Source of the DNA: a virus
Lineage: Duplodnaviria; Caudoviricetes
Strand: one strand, 5' to 3'
DNA: 47,097 nt
Virus record (IMG/VR): IMGVR_UViG_3300020016_000012
Span: 1 to 47,097 of that record
This document shows, in pieces, positions 24,963-35,258 of the stretch. The notes below the pieces were generated by a model. It was not told the origin of the DNA, did no database searches, and saw nothing but the letters and a program-made list of their open reading frames with translations. How positions within the stretch are numbered: position 1 is the stretch's first letter; the number at the start of each line of letters is the position of its first letter. The position numbers and the translations under genes were made by a program.

Positions 24963-25463
24963 TTAATCACACCGAATGAGTTGGCTGGCCATCTCCGCGC
25001 CAGCCCCAAGCAACAGCCCGGCAACTACCTGTGGTGGTGTATGACGATGTGCCACTTGCCGCAGACCAGCCGTCGCACCAGCCGCTCCGAAGCCTACCGA
25101 GAGCCGCAACACAAAGCTACGCGCCGGCCATGGTTGCGCGAGGCCGATCATCCCGGTCGCAGCATGCCCCGATGGCATCCCGTTGCCAGGACAGCAGGGA
25201 CGCGGCGACTCGATGACGTGCTGTAGCGTCAGTGCAGTGCCCAGCCCGACGCCAGCGCTGAGCGCGAGTTGCCCGAGGTGACACCCAGGCCGCTCTGTTT
25301 TAAACGCCGAGACGGTGCCCCAGATTGGATTGACGAGTGCAGTCCCCCAGCTCGTCCAGTCCGCCCACTTCACGACCGGTTCCTGTGCCGCGAGTGGGAT
25401 AGCACTGATAAAGACCAACAGCACGAGCACTGGCAGGGTAGCGAACGAAGATTCACGCGTCAT
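24963..25463 (-). CDS. PAP2-superfamily membrane phosphatase
   Basis: Motifs PRP, PSGH, RQVAHRHTPPQV; signal peptide and hydrophobic helices. Confidence 0.8.
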   Translation of the reverse strand: MTRESSFATLPVLVLLVFISAIPLAAQEPVVKWADWTSWGTALVNPIWGTVSAFKTERPGCHLGQLALSAGVGLGTALTLQHVIESPRPCCPGNGMPSGHAATGMIGLAQPWPARSFVLRLSVGFGAAGATAGLRQVAHRHTPPQVVAGLLLGAGAEMASQLIRCD

Positions 25464-25745
25464 GCTAGACTGCCTCGGCTCTTTGCAGCGTGGAAGGGCA
25501 CGCCCGTTACGTGAAGCGATCTGCCGGTCGTTTGACGGCGCGCGGTCACAGGCGGCAGCATAAATCCGAAGTCAGTATCAAGCCTGACCAGGGAGCCACT
25601 CATCGCTTCGTCCACCGAATCCTGATGGCCGCGGCATACATGTCTTCATCCAGATAGGCCCAGTCACCGTACACAGACGACGTCTGCCATTGCCAGCGGC
25701 CATCAGGGAGACGGCGCATGAACCAGCCATTCACCAGGATCGTCT

Positions 25746-26363
25746 TCACGGCTTGCGGTCCATGAACACCGTGCCCGTGCCCAGGTACGGCATCCGGACT
25801 GTGCCCTCGTAATGCTGGGGTGCCAGGACAATAGCTTTCAGCTCCACCAGCTTCGCGTCAATCTGCTGGAACGCATTGAGAATCTCTGGCATCGTCGACA
25901 CGATCATCCCGACCTTCGATTCGATGCGGTCCAGTTGTCCCTGAATATCCGGCAGCGGTGGGTCTGGAGGATCGGGCGGATCGGGCGGGTCCGGTGGATC
26001 TGGCGGATCAACCTGGCCACCGTCCCACGGCATGTACCAGTCGTCCTGGCTGGACCCAGGGAAATCCACCATCAACACGCCGTCATCGTTCCAGATCGGC
26101 GCATTCGTCGTCGGGATGTCGGTGAGGATCTTATAGAGCTGAGTCCCTGGATCGCAGACGCGGCCCACTTTCACCGTCTCGTGGTTGTATTCGATGGTGT
26201 TCTCACCACTCTTGGTGAGATAGCCCCATTTCTCGCCTGGGAAGTCTTTCGCGAGACGAGCCAGGACGCGTTGCTCGAATTGGAAACACGAGTTGAGATC
26301 GCCCGACACAGGCGGCTGTTTGGCGTGTTCGTCTTGGACGATGTCGAGATGGTTCACCTTCAT
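25746..26363 (-). CDS. Hypothetical protein with (DPP)5 linker and coiled-coil tail
   Basis: 205 aa; globular N-domain (WGYLTK...PIW), then DPPDPPDPPDPPDPP. Confidence 0.65.
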   Translation of the reverse strand: MKVNHLDIVQDEHAKQPPVSGDLNSCFQFEQRVLARLAKDFPGEKWGYLTKSGENTIEYNHETVKVGRVCDPGTQLYKILTDIPTTNAPIWNDDGVLMVDFPGSSQDDWYMPWDGGQVDPPDPPDPPDPPDPPDPPLPDIQGQLDRIESKVGMIVSTMPEILNAFQQIDAKLVELKAIVLAPQHYEGTVRMPYLGTGTVFMDRKP

Positions 26364-26441
26364 ACCGTCAGCCTCGATTCACAGGTTTCACCACGAGTAA
26401 CAGCCCAAGGACCGCGAGCCCAGCCAGGTGCAGCGCCTCAC

Positions 26442-26612
26442 TCACGGCTTCTTCTCACCCACCTCAAACGTCCTACCGCACTTATTGCAATAGCCCTTCC
26501 CCTGCTCGTCGATCTCGATCATCTCTTTCTTGTTCGGACTGTTCTGTTCGCCGCAGTCTGGGCAACACAGAGACGCAAGGAGTCTGCGCTGCCGTTCCCC
26601 TAGGACGCCCAC
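26442..26612 (-). CDS. Small zinc-ribbon protein
   Basis: 56 aa; CPDCG...CNKCG; GTG start. Confidence 0.55.
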   Translation of the reverse strand: MGVLGERQRRLLASLCCPDCGEQNSPNKKEMIEIDEQGKGYCNKCGRTFEVGEKKP

Positions 26613-26613
26613 G

Positions 26614-26877
26614 TCACGGGTCCTTTCTCAACGCCGCCGACTGCGCCAACAGCGCCGCCGACTGTTTCATCTCCGTCAGGGTCACGTTCAGCGCCACGAT
26701 CGTTTTATCCGCCGCGTCCAACTTCGCCTGCGCCGCCTGCGCCGCACTGTTCACATGCCCTTCGATTGTGGTCACCTTCGTACTCGTCTTCCACGCCACG
26801 ATCACATTGACGATTTGCGCGCCGATCGCCGTGATCACGAGGACCAGGACACCACCCATTACCACCGGATCTGTCAT
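26614..26877 (-). CDS. Single-TM, coiled-coil membrane protein (holin candidate)
   Basis: Hydrophobic N-terminus, HVNS motif, then coiled coil. Confidence 0.55.
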   Translation of the reverse strand: MTDPVVMGGVLVLVITAIGAQIVNVIVAWKTSTKVTTIEGHVNSAAQAAQAKLDAADKTIVALNVTLTEMKQSAALLAQSAALRKDP

Positions 26878-27098
26878 GGGTTTTCGCGCGCCAGCTTGGC
26901 AATCGACTGTTTAAACGGCGTCAACGTCCCACGCGCAGCCAAGTCAAACCGCTCGTACACCCATGCGGCACACTTGTCGGCATACTCCTTCGAGATGTTC
27001 GTATCCCGCACAAGGAGTTCGCTGAACGCCTGTTGCGCTTGTGCCGTCCGACAACACACCTCAAGAATGCAATTCGCTTGACCATTCAGTTCTGCCAT
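26874..27098 (-). CDS. Hypothetical protein
   Basis: 74 aa; AGGAG RBS; CILEVCC. Confidence 0.6.
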   Translation of the reverse strand: MAELNGQANCILEVCCRTAQAQQAFSELLVRDTNISKEYADKCAAWVYERFDLAARGTLTPFKQSIAKLARENP

Positions 27099-27100
27099 CG

Positions 27101-27541
27101 CTATCTCCTTGGTTGACGTAGCACTGTGTCCTTCAGCGACCCGAATTCAAACTGCAATAATTCAAAGCGTTTCCGGAGTTCATCCTGGGACGACTTCTGT
27201 AAGTTGTATCGCTCGTCCTGAATCTTGGCATTCTGTTCGATCTGCGCTTTCAGATTGGCTTCAAGCTTCGCATTGAGCGTGATTTGGCCAACCGCCAACC
27301 CAGCACAGGCAACCACAATCGTGACGACGGTCCGCGCCCCAAACTGCAACTTCGTGACGTCTTGGGGCGTGTTCTCAATCTTCGTAAACCGCACATCGGC
27401 CACGCGGGTGGCTGCTTCGAGCGTTTCGACGCGCCGTTCCAGTTGGCGCCAATCAGTCCGCAACCGGTGGTGGCCTTCTTCGGCCATCCGGTGGTTCTGA
27501 TCGACCATCTGTAACACAGCACCCATCCTCCGCTCAGCCAC
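27101..27541 (-). CDS. Coiled-coil protein with a central TM segment
   Basis: VVTIVVACAGLAVG flanked by coiled coils. Confidence 0.6.
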   Translation of the reverse strand: MAERRMGAVLQMVDQNHRMAEEGHHRLRTDWRQLERRVETLEAATRVADVRFTKIENTPQDVTKLQFGARTVVTIVVACAGLAVGQITLNAKLEANLKAQIEQNAKIQDERYNLQKSSQDELRKRFELLQFEFGSLKDTVLRQPRR

Positions 27542-27562
27542 GCTGACATCCCCCGATCAGCA

Positions 27563-28135
27563 TTACCTCGGAATCGCCGCCTGTAAGGCATTCGCCGCTG
27601 TTTGCAGTGTCGTCGTCGCCGTGATCAACGCTGAGAAATCCAATGGCGCCGACGTCGTGCCAGAGCTACTCGTCAGCCCCAATAAGGTCGAGAGACACGA
27701 CGCGGGAAATTCCCAGCCCAACGCCATGACATACATCGTCCCGCCGTTCGGCATCGAATTAGACCGCGCACTCAACCGCTCGCCAGCTTCCAGAATGATC
27801 GGCCGTGTCAAGGCAAGCACGGGCGTCCCGCGCATCAAGGGATAAACTTCGATGGCGGTATACCAGAACGTGAGATCGGTCCAGATGTGGTCAATCTGAA
27901 GTCGATACTCAATCGCCACGCCGGGGTCCGCACCCTGCCCAATCCCAGCCGCCTTGATCAGCCACACCTTCCCGGCCGGCACCAGATTCGACGTCTTGTC
28001 CTCGTTAGGTGGCACGATCGTCTGGCCAGGCGTGCCCCAGATCAGCGTGCGGATCGGCGTCGGCGTACATGGTTCCGCAGTGGCCGATGCGGAGGCCAAC
28101 ACGACGAGCGCACCAGCGAACAGGAATCGTGTCAT
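27563..28135 (-). CDS. Secreted hypothetical protein
   Basis: Signal peptide MTRFLFAGALVVLASASATA; VPAGKVW motif. Confidence 0.65.
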   Translation of the reverse strand: MTRFLFAGALVVLASASATAEPCTPTPIRTLIWGTPGQTIVPPNEDKTSNLVPAGKVWLIKAAGIGQGADPGVAIEYRLQIDHIWTDLTFWYTAIEVYPLMRGTPVLALTRPIILEAGERLSARSNSMPNGGTMYVMALGWEFPASCLSTLLGLTSSSGTTSAPLDFSALITATTTLQTAANALQAAIPR

Positions 28136-28136
28136 A

Positions 28137-28808
28137 TCAAATCTTCAGCAAATACGCCGACCACATGCGCGCCTGGATGGCTGCGTTGGCGGTATCCCAT
28201 TGGAACGTCACCGTAAAGTTCTTCGCCGCCGTCGAATCTTCTGCCACACCATTGTGGACGCTGTAGGACGCCACGCCGCCAGCTAACGACTGGCCGCCGC
28301 CGCCGCCACCACTAAACGTCTTCGTCACCGCGATGCCACTGTTCGCGTCTCCTTCGGCAATCCCGTCGAAGAACACTAATCCTCGAGCCTTCTGGGCATT
28401 CGTGGCCGTATAGGCAAACAAATCGAAATTCAGGATCAGTGGGTTGGTGAAATTGCCAGTATTGACGCTCGTCCAGACGCCCTGGTAGATCGTCGTCGCG
28501 CCGTACTTGCAGCGCACCACGAACTGCACCGACGACCCGCCGGAGTTGTTAGCTGTGTCCCCCACGCCGACAAACTTGAGCGCGTGGGTCGTGCCTAACG
28601 TCCCGCCAGGGACGCTGAATGAAAACATCGTCGTTTCGACTGTCGAATTCGCAACCGTCGTCACCGACGTCAACCGGCTGAGCGAGAGGACAGCCGTATC
28701 GACAATGTCTTTGAGGTAGTTCGTATTCTGGCTGACATACGTATCCATGTCAGCTTCAGTCAGAATCGCGCCCGCAGCAAAATTCTTAACCGCAGTCCAG
28801 ACGCTCAT
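28137..28808 (-). CDS. Tail-tip/receptor-binding-like protein
   Basis: WTAVKNFAAGAILTEADM..YV..N..YLK N-terminus typical of minor tail proteins. Confidence 0.7.
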   Translation of the reverse strand: MSVWTAVKNFAAGAILTEADMDTYVSQNTNYLKDIVDTAVLSLSRLTSVTTVANSTVETTMFSFSVPGGTLGTTHALKFVGVGDTANNSGGSSVQFVVRCKYGATTIYQGVWTSVNTGNFTNPLILNFDLFAYTATNAQKARGLVFFDGIAEGDANSGIAVTKTFSGGGGGGQSLAGGVASYSVHNGVAEDSTAAKNFTVTFQWDTANAAIQARMWSAYLLKI

Positions 28809-28814
28809 AGCATC

Positions 28815-31109
28815 CTAAATCGGCGCCAGAAGGCCGGTGTCAAGGTGACTCACATCGAGAATGAAGTACAACCCGGCCAGCGGGTCGACCGCCGGTGCTA
28901 AGACATAATCAGCGAGCGCATGGCCCGTTGCAGTCAATCGCAGCGTTTCGCCATTGATGAAATAACTACTATTCAAGCCGGTGACCGTTTCACTCACCGT
29001 GATCCGATCACTGATATCGCGCGCCAACACCTGCGCGAGTAACGTCGACGACGTCGCCCACACCCGAATCCGCCTAGCCTGCGCGAACGCACTAGAATAT
29101 TTGTTCAGCAGATACGTCGCCACAGACTGGCCGATGTTGATATCCGACTGATAGGGCATATCGAGTGCGACGGAATGCTCACCGACGGTCGCAATACTGA
29201 CGCTGTCGGAGTCTGAGAGCTGGAGTTCGCCCGTGTCACGAATCGCCCGACCAATCAGACGATTGGTCACCAAATAGCCATCGGACCCGCTGCTGTTATT
29301 GACCGTGAAGCGCCCACCTGAGGCGCCCGTGGTCAGCGTGAAGAGGAACAGCGAAGTCAGATCCGTACCAGACCCGTCGTCATTGGTGTTGGCGGTGTAG
29401 TCCGTGCCAGGAATTTGCGTTTGGATCTCCGTAGCGCCGATCTGGTCATTCGTGACCGGATCGATAAAGTCAAAGGTCAGCGCCACGGTTTGGGCGGCAC
29501 CGACGAAAACGGGAGAGGTCAATTCATACACGGCCGTAATCGGCGCCGTGTCCACGTCTTTGGGATGGACCGTGACGCGCACCGTATTCAGAATCTCATC
29601 GCGCGTGGATGGGAGACTCAAGTCCTGAAGATTATTGTCCGTGATCGTCCAGACGCTCGACGTATTGAGTAATCGTGTGTGACGATTCTCATACCGCAAC
29701 GTACCGGCCGCCTTGGTATAGATCGGCCCGATCTCGCTCGCCGCCAGTTTGACGAATTCGGCCAGCGCGGGTTGCCCCGAGTTGTTACTGGTATCTAACG
29801 CGTACGCGTACGTTTCCGATCCGACATCAAACGACGTTGCCACCGGCTGACGAGGCATTTGCGCGACAATCGCCGTCATGATCTCGTCGCCACGTTTACT
29901 GACCTGCTCACCGACATCAGGCGTCAGCGACCACCGGGCCGCTTCGTCCATCCAATCCGTGATCGTGACGGCCACTTGTCGATCCCGATGGCTCCCTGGC
30001 GACGGGTCGATGGAATCGATGCGCCCGACCATGCGGGTGTAATAGGTGCCAGTATTCGGATCTTGGAAGCGAATCCGACACCCAATACCAAGCCCCCAGC
30101 CGGCCCGTTTGTTCGCATGGTACGGCGAGTAATAGCCCAGCAACCCGGCACTATTCCGCGCGCTGTTGTTTAACGCGAACCGACCCGTTCCTGCGGGTGC
30201 CACGAGATCGCCAGGACCACTCCCTTGCATGCCGTGGCGAATCTCAATCCCCACATCGCGCAGGACATCGGCTGTCACACTCGTCCAGCCGCCACCCACG
30301 CCAGACAACTCTGCTTCGACCAACGCCGTCGGCTTGATGGATGTCGACGCGGATCCGCTCGCGGTCGTGAACGACCAAACCGATCCGGTCGTACTCCCCG
30401 CACTGTTGATCGCGACGATCTTCCAGAAGTACGTCGTCAGGCCACTGAGCGCAGCCGGTATATAACTCGCACTGGCCTGTCCAGAATTGACGAGCGGTGG
30501 AGAGCCGGCCGTCCCGAAATACACGTCGTAGGAGGTCGCCCCGGAAGACGTCCATGTCAGCGTCGGCGTTAAACTCACGCCAGTGGCAGCATTAGCGGGG
30601 CTAGGCGAGCTCGGCGACCCAGGGCCGGACGGGGCCGTCCATGCTTCAAGTTCTACAACACGACTGTACCCATCCTGAGATGCATGGGTCAGGACACGGA
30701 CTTTACTGGTCGTGACAGGTGAGAACGTGAACTCGGTCCAGACATGATTATTACCGGTGACATTGCCACCAGAGACAGTCGACCATGCGGAGCCGGTCCA
30801 GTATTGGATCTCAAAGTCTCTCAGTCCGAAGAGAGAGGACGTCATCACTAACGTCGGTGTCGTCGGCGACGCGTAGTTATCCTGTAACCCGAAGAGGTCT
30901 ATCTGGTTGATGGAATAACTGGCGTTGAAATCGACTTGTAACCAGTCGTCGAAGGTGCCTTGGTTGGCATCCAACCAGCCACCATTCGTCCCCCACACCG
31001 CGCCGGTCCGGTCCCCATTGTTCGCTCGGCTCGCTTCATAACCCGCGCCGAATGTGGACGAGGCTGACGCCGTCCCACCGTTCGCCGAGGCCGCGACATT
31101 GGTCGCCAT
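28815..31109 (-). CDS. Tail hub protein with N-terminal discoidin (F5/8C) and FN3-like domains
   Basis: NVA..NGG.ASASS, WLQVDF, ELEAW; PSPANAATGV..TPTLTW...YFWKI...VWSFTT; follows the tape measure gene. Confidence 0.8.
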   Translation of the reverse strand: MATNVAASANGGTASASSTFGAGYEASRANNGDRTGAVWGTNGGWLDANQGTFDDWLQVDFNASYSINQIDLFGLQDNYASPTTPTLVMTSSLFGLRDFEIQYWTGSAWSTVSGGNVTGNNHVWTEFTFSPVTTSKVRVLTHASQDGYSRVVELEAWTAPSGPGSPSSPSPANAATGVSLTPTLTWTSSGATSYDVYFGTAGSPPLVNSGQASASYIPAALSGLTTYFWKIVAINSAGSTTGSVWSFTTASGSASTSIKPTALVEAELSGVGGGWTSVTADVLRDVGIEIRHGMQGSGPGDLVAPAGTGRFALNNSARNSAGLLGYYSPYHANKRAGWGLGIGCRIRFQDPNTGTYYTRMVGRIDSIDPSPGSHRDRQVAVTITDWMDEAARWSLTPDVGEQVSKRGDEIMTAIVAQMPRQPVATSFDVGSETYAYALDTSNNSGQPALAEFVKLAASEIGPIYTKAAGTLRYENRHTRLLNTSSVWTITDNNLQDLSLPSTRDEILNTVRVTVHPKDVDTAPITAVYELTSPVFVGAAQTVALTFDFIDPVTNDQIGATEIQTQIPGTDYTANTNDDGSGTDLTSLFLFTLTTGASGGRFTVNNSSGSDGYLVTNRLIGRAIRDTGELQLSDSDSVSIATVGEHSVALDMPYQSDINIGQSVATYLLNKYSSAFAQARRIRVWATSSTLLAQVLARDISDRITVSETVTGLNSSYFINGETLRLTATGHALADYVLAPAVDPLAGLYFILDVSHLDTGLLAPI

Positions 31110-34039
31110 TACACCGCCGCGCCCATCGCCGCATCGCGGAACGCTCGTGGCTGCGCACGGAGGGCGTCCAGGATCTGCGACAACATCCCAGCGGTATCGC
31201 CACCGCCACCCACCGCATCACCAAAAGCAAATGGCTCTGGCCCATTTTCTCCAGCAACGAACACGGTCGGCTTGTTCACGACGCCGCGCCCGCCGCGCGC
31301 CATCATGATCGGCTCGCCGAACCGCGCCAGATCAGGATTGTCAACATTGAAATGGACGCCGACGGTCACATCGCTGGGAATATTCGCAATCGCCGTCCCG
31401 AGCTTGCCGCTGATGGCTGCGGCGAGTTTCTCAACCGCCTCGACGACGCTCTTAAAGCCGGCCGTCATCGTTGTCGAGAACGTCACGCCAGAGCCGGCCA
31501 AATCTTCGATCTTGTTCCCATCCTTATCGGTCAACAACCCGAGGTCGATCATCTGTTGGAGCATCAGCTCCATTGAGGCCGGCACTTCGGTGCCCATCGC
31601 CGCCGCGTTCTGGATGTAGGTATTGACACCCTCAGCCATCCGCGTCAGCACCGCGATATGATCTAGCCCACCAGCCGTCAACACTTGGAAGTCCTGGTAA
31701 ATCTCTTCCGCTTGTTTGCCGAGTTCCTGTCGCTGCAGCGCAGGCCCGAGTTCCTCGAGCGTGAAGCCGTATTTCTGGGCTGTGGCCAAGAGCGTGGCCA
31801 TCGCGTCATCTTGGAACTTGAACGCCGCGTTCAGATCCTCGATCGCTTTCTGATATTGCTCAGCATTCTTCGCGTTGAGCATCGCGTCCAGCGTCACGCC
31901 GGCATCATGGGCGTGGGCATTCAACTGTGCCAGACCGCCATTGATTTGGACGAAGGCTTCGCGGAGAGGATTAATTTTCTTCTCGGCATCGTTAAACGCC
32001 TTCTTGGCGATGCCCACAATGGCGCCAACGCCCGCACCGATTGCCGTGCCCCACCCTGGCAGGATCATCGTGCCGATCGCCGCTCCGCTCAATGTGTTGG
32101 ACAAGATGCCCGATGTCGATTTGCCCAACTCTGCGCCAGCAATGGCACCAACTGGACCCATCGCTTTCCCAAGAGTCCCGCCGAGTTTCTTGCCAAAGGC
32201 CTCGCCGACCATGGCCCCAAGCCCTGTCCCGGCCGCCTGGACAGCACCAGCCACCCCACCACCACCCGTGAAGGCTTGGGCCAGCACGCTTGGAATTTTG
32301 GCTAATTGATCCTGCAACCCAGCCACAAGGGATTGGCCGAAACTCAGGAGCGGCATCTTCTCCAGCGCCGCACCAAGCCCCCAGAGATTTTTTGTCAGCT
32401 CGGAGACGCTATCAGCCCCCTTGGCCGCGTCGAGTTCGAACTGACCAAAATCTTTCAACTTGGGGAGTGCTTCGCCTAACCCATGCAGACTCTTCACGAG
32501 GAAATTGACGTTCTCACTGGCCGCGCGTGCGACACCTTCCTCGGCGTGCATCTGTTTATTGAATTCCTCTGTGGCCTTCGCCGCGGCATCGGCGGCCTCC
32601 TTGGCTTCCTTCGCGGCCTTTTTTTGAGCGTCTCCCGTCGCCTTCAGGACGCCGGCATGGATCTCGTTCGCACGCGTGAGATCAATGATCGCCATCCGCG
32701 CATCATGCTCGGTATCGATCGTTCGTCCGAGAATCTGCGCGCCATCTTTTAGACTGAGTGACCGCTTAGTAATAGACGTGTTATAGGCATCAAGAGACCG
32801 CTGGGAGTCGGCCGCGATCGCGTTGGACTGGAGTTGCTCACCACGGTATGTGGAGATGCCCTCTGCGGCAAATCGCCACGCCTCGCCGAGCAACTTGACC
32901 GCCTTAATGGCGAGCCCGAACTTGGCATCAATAAAATTGGACGCCGCATTCTTCGACACGTCGATAAACTTCTCAACCCACGGGATAAGATCGCGTCCGA
33001 GACTCGCGCCAAAGGCCTCCGCGTGGACCTTTAGTGACGCAAGCTGCATCTCAAACTTCTCAGCATTCGCCGCCTGCTCAGGCGTCCAGAGCGTGATGTC
33101 TTTCGACAGCTCGAGCGCCGCCGGGAGGTCTTTCAGAATCGCCGCAACGTCTTTGTAGCCCTTCCCGAAGATCGCCGCGCCGGCCGCCGCACGTTCGGCC
33201 GGATCGTTCAACCCGTCGAGACCAGCGGCGATCAGTTCTAGATAATGATCAGGACCGGCCTGCTTCAACTGTTCCGTCGAGATCCCAATCTTCCCGAGTG
33301 CCGCCTCAAACTTCTCGCCGCCTTCACCCATTCGCTGTTCAAGTTTGAACACGACGTCCGTGAGTTGGGTGAGGTCTTTACCCAACACTGCCGACGCGTT
33401 GCGCAGGCGATCAAGCGCAGGCACAGACAGCCCAGTCGCGTCTGACAAGTCATCGAGCTCGGCACCGACGGCCGCCGCATCGACGGACATCTTAAACAGC
33501 ACACCACCGAGGGCGACAACGCCGGCCACGGCGGCGGCACCCGCGAGCGCGACACCGGTAAGGGATTGCGTAAAGCCCAGAGATGCGGTCTTGGCCGCGG
33601 CTAACGGATTACTAATCGCATTCTGGATGTCAAAGCCTTGTGTGAATTTCTCCCAGGATGTGCCAGCTGTTTTACCTGCGTCTCCGAGTCGCGACGCTTC
33701 CTCGGCCGCACCACGCGCTAGGTCAGAGACCTTCTGGAGCCCAGGCGGAACGTCCTGACCGATTCTCTTCATCTTCTCGATGGCCTCGTCTGCTTTGGCT
33801 CCGACGCGCTCGAGTTCAGATGCGGTCAATTTCGACGCGCCACCGGCCAGCTCGAGAGCCGTCGCCATTGCAATGGAGTCCTGGATCAACCGACGACCAG
33901 AGAATTTGTCCACCATGTTGTTAAGTTTGGTCTGCACGTTAAATGCAGCCTCACCTAAGTCATGGAGCTCTAGGTCAGCCTTCCGGATCGCATCATAAAA
34001 CGATGAGAAGTCCGCGCTGAATTTGGCGGTAACGGCCAT
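31109..34039 (-). CDS. Tail tape measure protein
   Basis: 976 aa, Ala/Gly-rich helical; follows the chaperone; C-terminal MARGG...VAGENGPE. Confidence 0.9.
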   Translation of the reverse strand: MAVTAKFSADFSSFYDAIRKADLELHDLGEAAFNVQTKLNNMVDKFSGRRLIQDSIAMATALELAGGASKLTASELERVGAKADEAIEKMKRIGQDVPPGLQKVSDLARGAAEEASRLGDAGKTAGTSWEKFTQGFDIQNAISNPLAAAKTASLGFTQSLTGVALAGAAAVAGVVALGGVLFKMSVDAAAVGAELDDLSDATGLSVPALDRLRNASAVLGKDLTQLTDVVFKLEQRMGEGGEKFEAALGKIGISTEQLKQAGPDHYLELIAAGLDGLNDPAERAAAGAAIFGKGYKDVAAILKDLPAALELSKDITLWTPEQAANAEKFEMQLASLKVHAEAFGASLGRDLIPWVEKFIDVSKNAASNFIDAKFGLAIKAVKLLGEAWRFAAEGISTYRGEQLQSNAIAADSQRSLDAYNTSITKRSLSLKDGAQILGRTIDTEHDARMAIIDLTRANEIHAGVLKATGDAQKKAAKEAKEAADAAAKATEEFNKQMHAEEGVARAASENVNFLVKSLHGLGEALPKLKDFGQFELDAAKGADSVSELTKNLWGLGAALEKMPLLSFGQSLVAGLQDQLAKIPSVLAQAFTGGGGVAGAVQAAGTGLGAMVGEAFGKKLGGTLGKAMGPVGAIAGAELGKSTSGILSNTLSGAAIGTMILPGWGTAIGAGVGAIVGIAKKAFNDAEKKINPLREAFVQINGGLAQLNAHAHDAGVTLDAMLNAKNAEQYQKAIEDLNAAFKFQDDAMATLLATAQKYGFTLEELGPALQRQELGKQAEEIYQDFQVLTAGGLDHIAVLTRMAEGVNTYIQNAAAMGTEVPASMELMLQQMIDLGLLTDKDGNKIEDLAGSGVTFSTTMTAGFKSVVEAVEKLAAAISGKLGTAIANIPSDVTVGVHFNVDNPDLARFGEPIMMARGGRGVVNKPTVFVAGENGPEPFAFGDAVGGGGDTAGMLSQILDALRAQPRAFRDAAMGAAV

Positions 34040-34566
34040 CTAATGCTTGTGCGCCTCTCGGTTTAGTTCTTCGACAAGGACGTCATACACATCCACGTCT
34101 AGTTCAGCGACCCACTCATATCGCCAGTTAAAGCGACGGGCGATGGCGAGATCGCTGACGATTCGTTCACGCCACCCGTCCCGTTTTTTTCAGCCTCGCG
34201 CTCCTTATCCATCGCCTCTTCATGGTCCTCGACCGCCTTCAGTATTTCGCCAAAGCTGTCTGGGTCGATCGAGTTGAGTGACGCCGTCATCACATCGACA
34301 GCGAGCTCACCTCGGCCGTTCCGTAACGGCAGCACGACGCCTTTGTCATCAGTCAGTGACCAATCGAGGAGGTAGGCGAGGATCCGGCTGATACCGACTT
34401 GCATCGACGACAGCGTGGGGCGTTCCCCGCCAGGCGCGTCTTTGACGATGCGGGCGAATTGTTCGCGAGCTTCTCCGGCGGTTAGGCGCTTCTTGACACG
34501 CAGCCAATCGCCATCGGAGAGCGGGAGGGTAACTTCCTGAGGACGGACGACACGACAGCGACCCAT
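34040..34566 (-). CDS. Tail assembly chaperone pair (G stops at 34099; GT by -1 frameshift stops at 34040)
   Basis: Slippery A AAA AAC; the -1 frame reads KRDGWRERIVSDLAIARRFNWRYEWVAELD...KH* and stops next to the tape measure ATG. Confidence 0.85.
34183..34190 (-). promoter_or_regulatory. -1 ribosomal frameshift site
   Basis: GAA AAA AAC GGG on the minus strand. Confidence 0.85.
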
Positions 34567-34570
34567 GACT

Positions 34571-34837
34571 TCACTCCTGCGGGCCTAGAGTTGCGGTCAA
34601 CTCGCCGCCCGCGATTTGCAACAACTCCACCGGCCAGCGCCAGGTCTGGCCAGATGGTCTCGACACCACAAACGTCAGAGGCTGTTGCGCCACTCTGAAC
34701 GGGTCGGACTGCACCACGGAGCCGGTCAATACGCGGTGACCAGCTTCGTTGGCGACACTCCATGAACCAAGACGGACCGCCGGTTGATAGCCCCACCGGA
34801 TGACCGCCTCTGGTCCACGGATGATCGCTTTGTTCAT
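34571..34837 (-). CDS. Small tail-region protein
   Basis: 88 aa between the tube and chaperone genes. Confidence 0.65.
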   Translation of the reverse strand: MNKAIIRGPEAVIRWGYQPAVRLGSWSVANEAGHRVLTGSVVQSDPFRVAQQPLTFVVSRPSGQTWRWPVELLQIAGGELTATLGPQE

Positions 34838-34840
34838 ACG

Positions 34841-35239
34841 CTAGGGCTTTTTTCCCCAGCTACCGTTCGCTGCGAAATTGGCCGTCATGGCAATCGCGCC
34901 ACCGACAGACGTATCGATCGAGTAGTCCAGCCACGCCGGACCGTACCAGTAGATCGTCGCCGCATCGCTCGACGGATACAGATACAGCTTGCAGCCGTCG
35001 ACGGAGTCCGCCGCGGTGAACGGCTTCGTTTCCGTGTCGTCGAAGAACCCCGCAAGGGTGCCCTGGATGTCCTTGAGTCCCTGGACATACGTCTTGTTCG
35101 CATCACCAAACGAGGTGACTTCAATCTTGTCGGTGGACGCGTTGATGGTCCACTGCGACAGATGCACGACGTTAGCCGCCGCACCAGACCCAGTAGTCGA
35201 CAGATAGACGACACCCTTTCTTCCTGCATACACCGCCAT
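34841..35239 (-). CDS. Major tail tube protein
   Basis: GRKG.VY, WTINASTDKIEVTSFGD..KTYVQGLKD..GT..GF.D. Confidence 0.85.
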   Translation of the reverse strand: MAVYAGRKGVVYLSTTGSGAAANVVHLSQWTINASTDKIEVTSFGDANKTYVQGLKDIQGTLAGFFDDTETKPFTAADSVDGCKLYLYPSSDAATIYWYGPAWLDYSIDTSVGGAIAMTANFAANGSWGKKP

Positions 35240-35258
35240 GGGAGACTCCCGACCGCAG

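Noticed and set aside
25961-26010. 9-bp tandem repeats
   Set aside because: They encode the DPP linker with varied third positions.
22904-26363. Host assignment to Acidobacteriota from the look of several small proteins
   Set aside because: Only an impression from memory; it needs homology searches or spacer matches.
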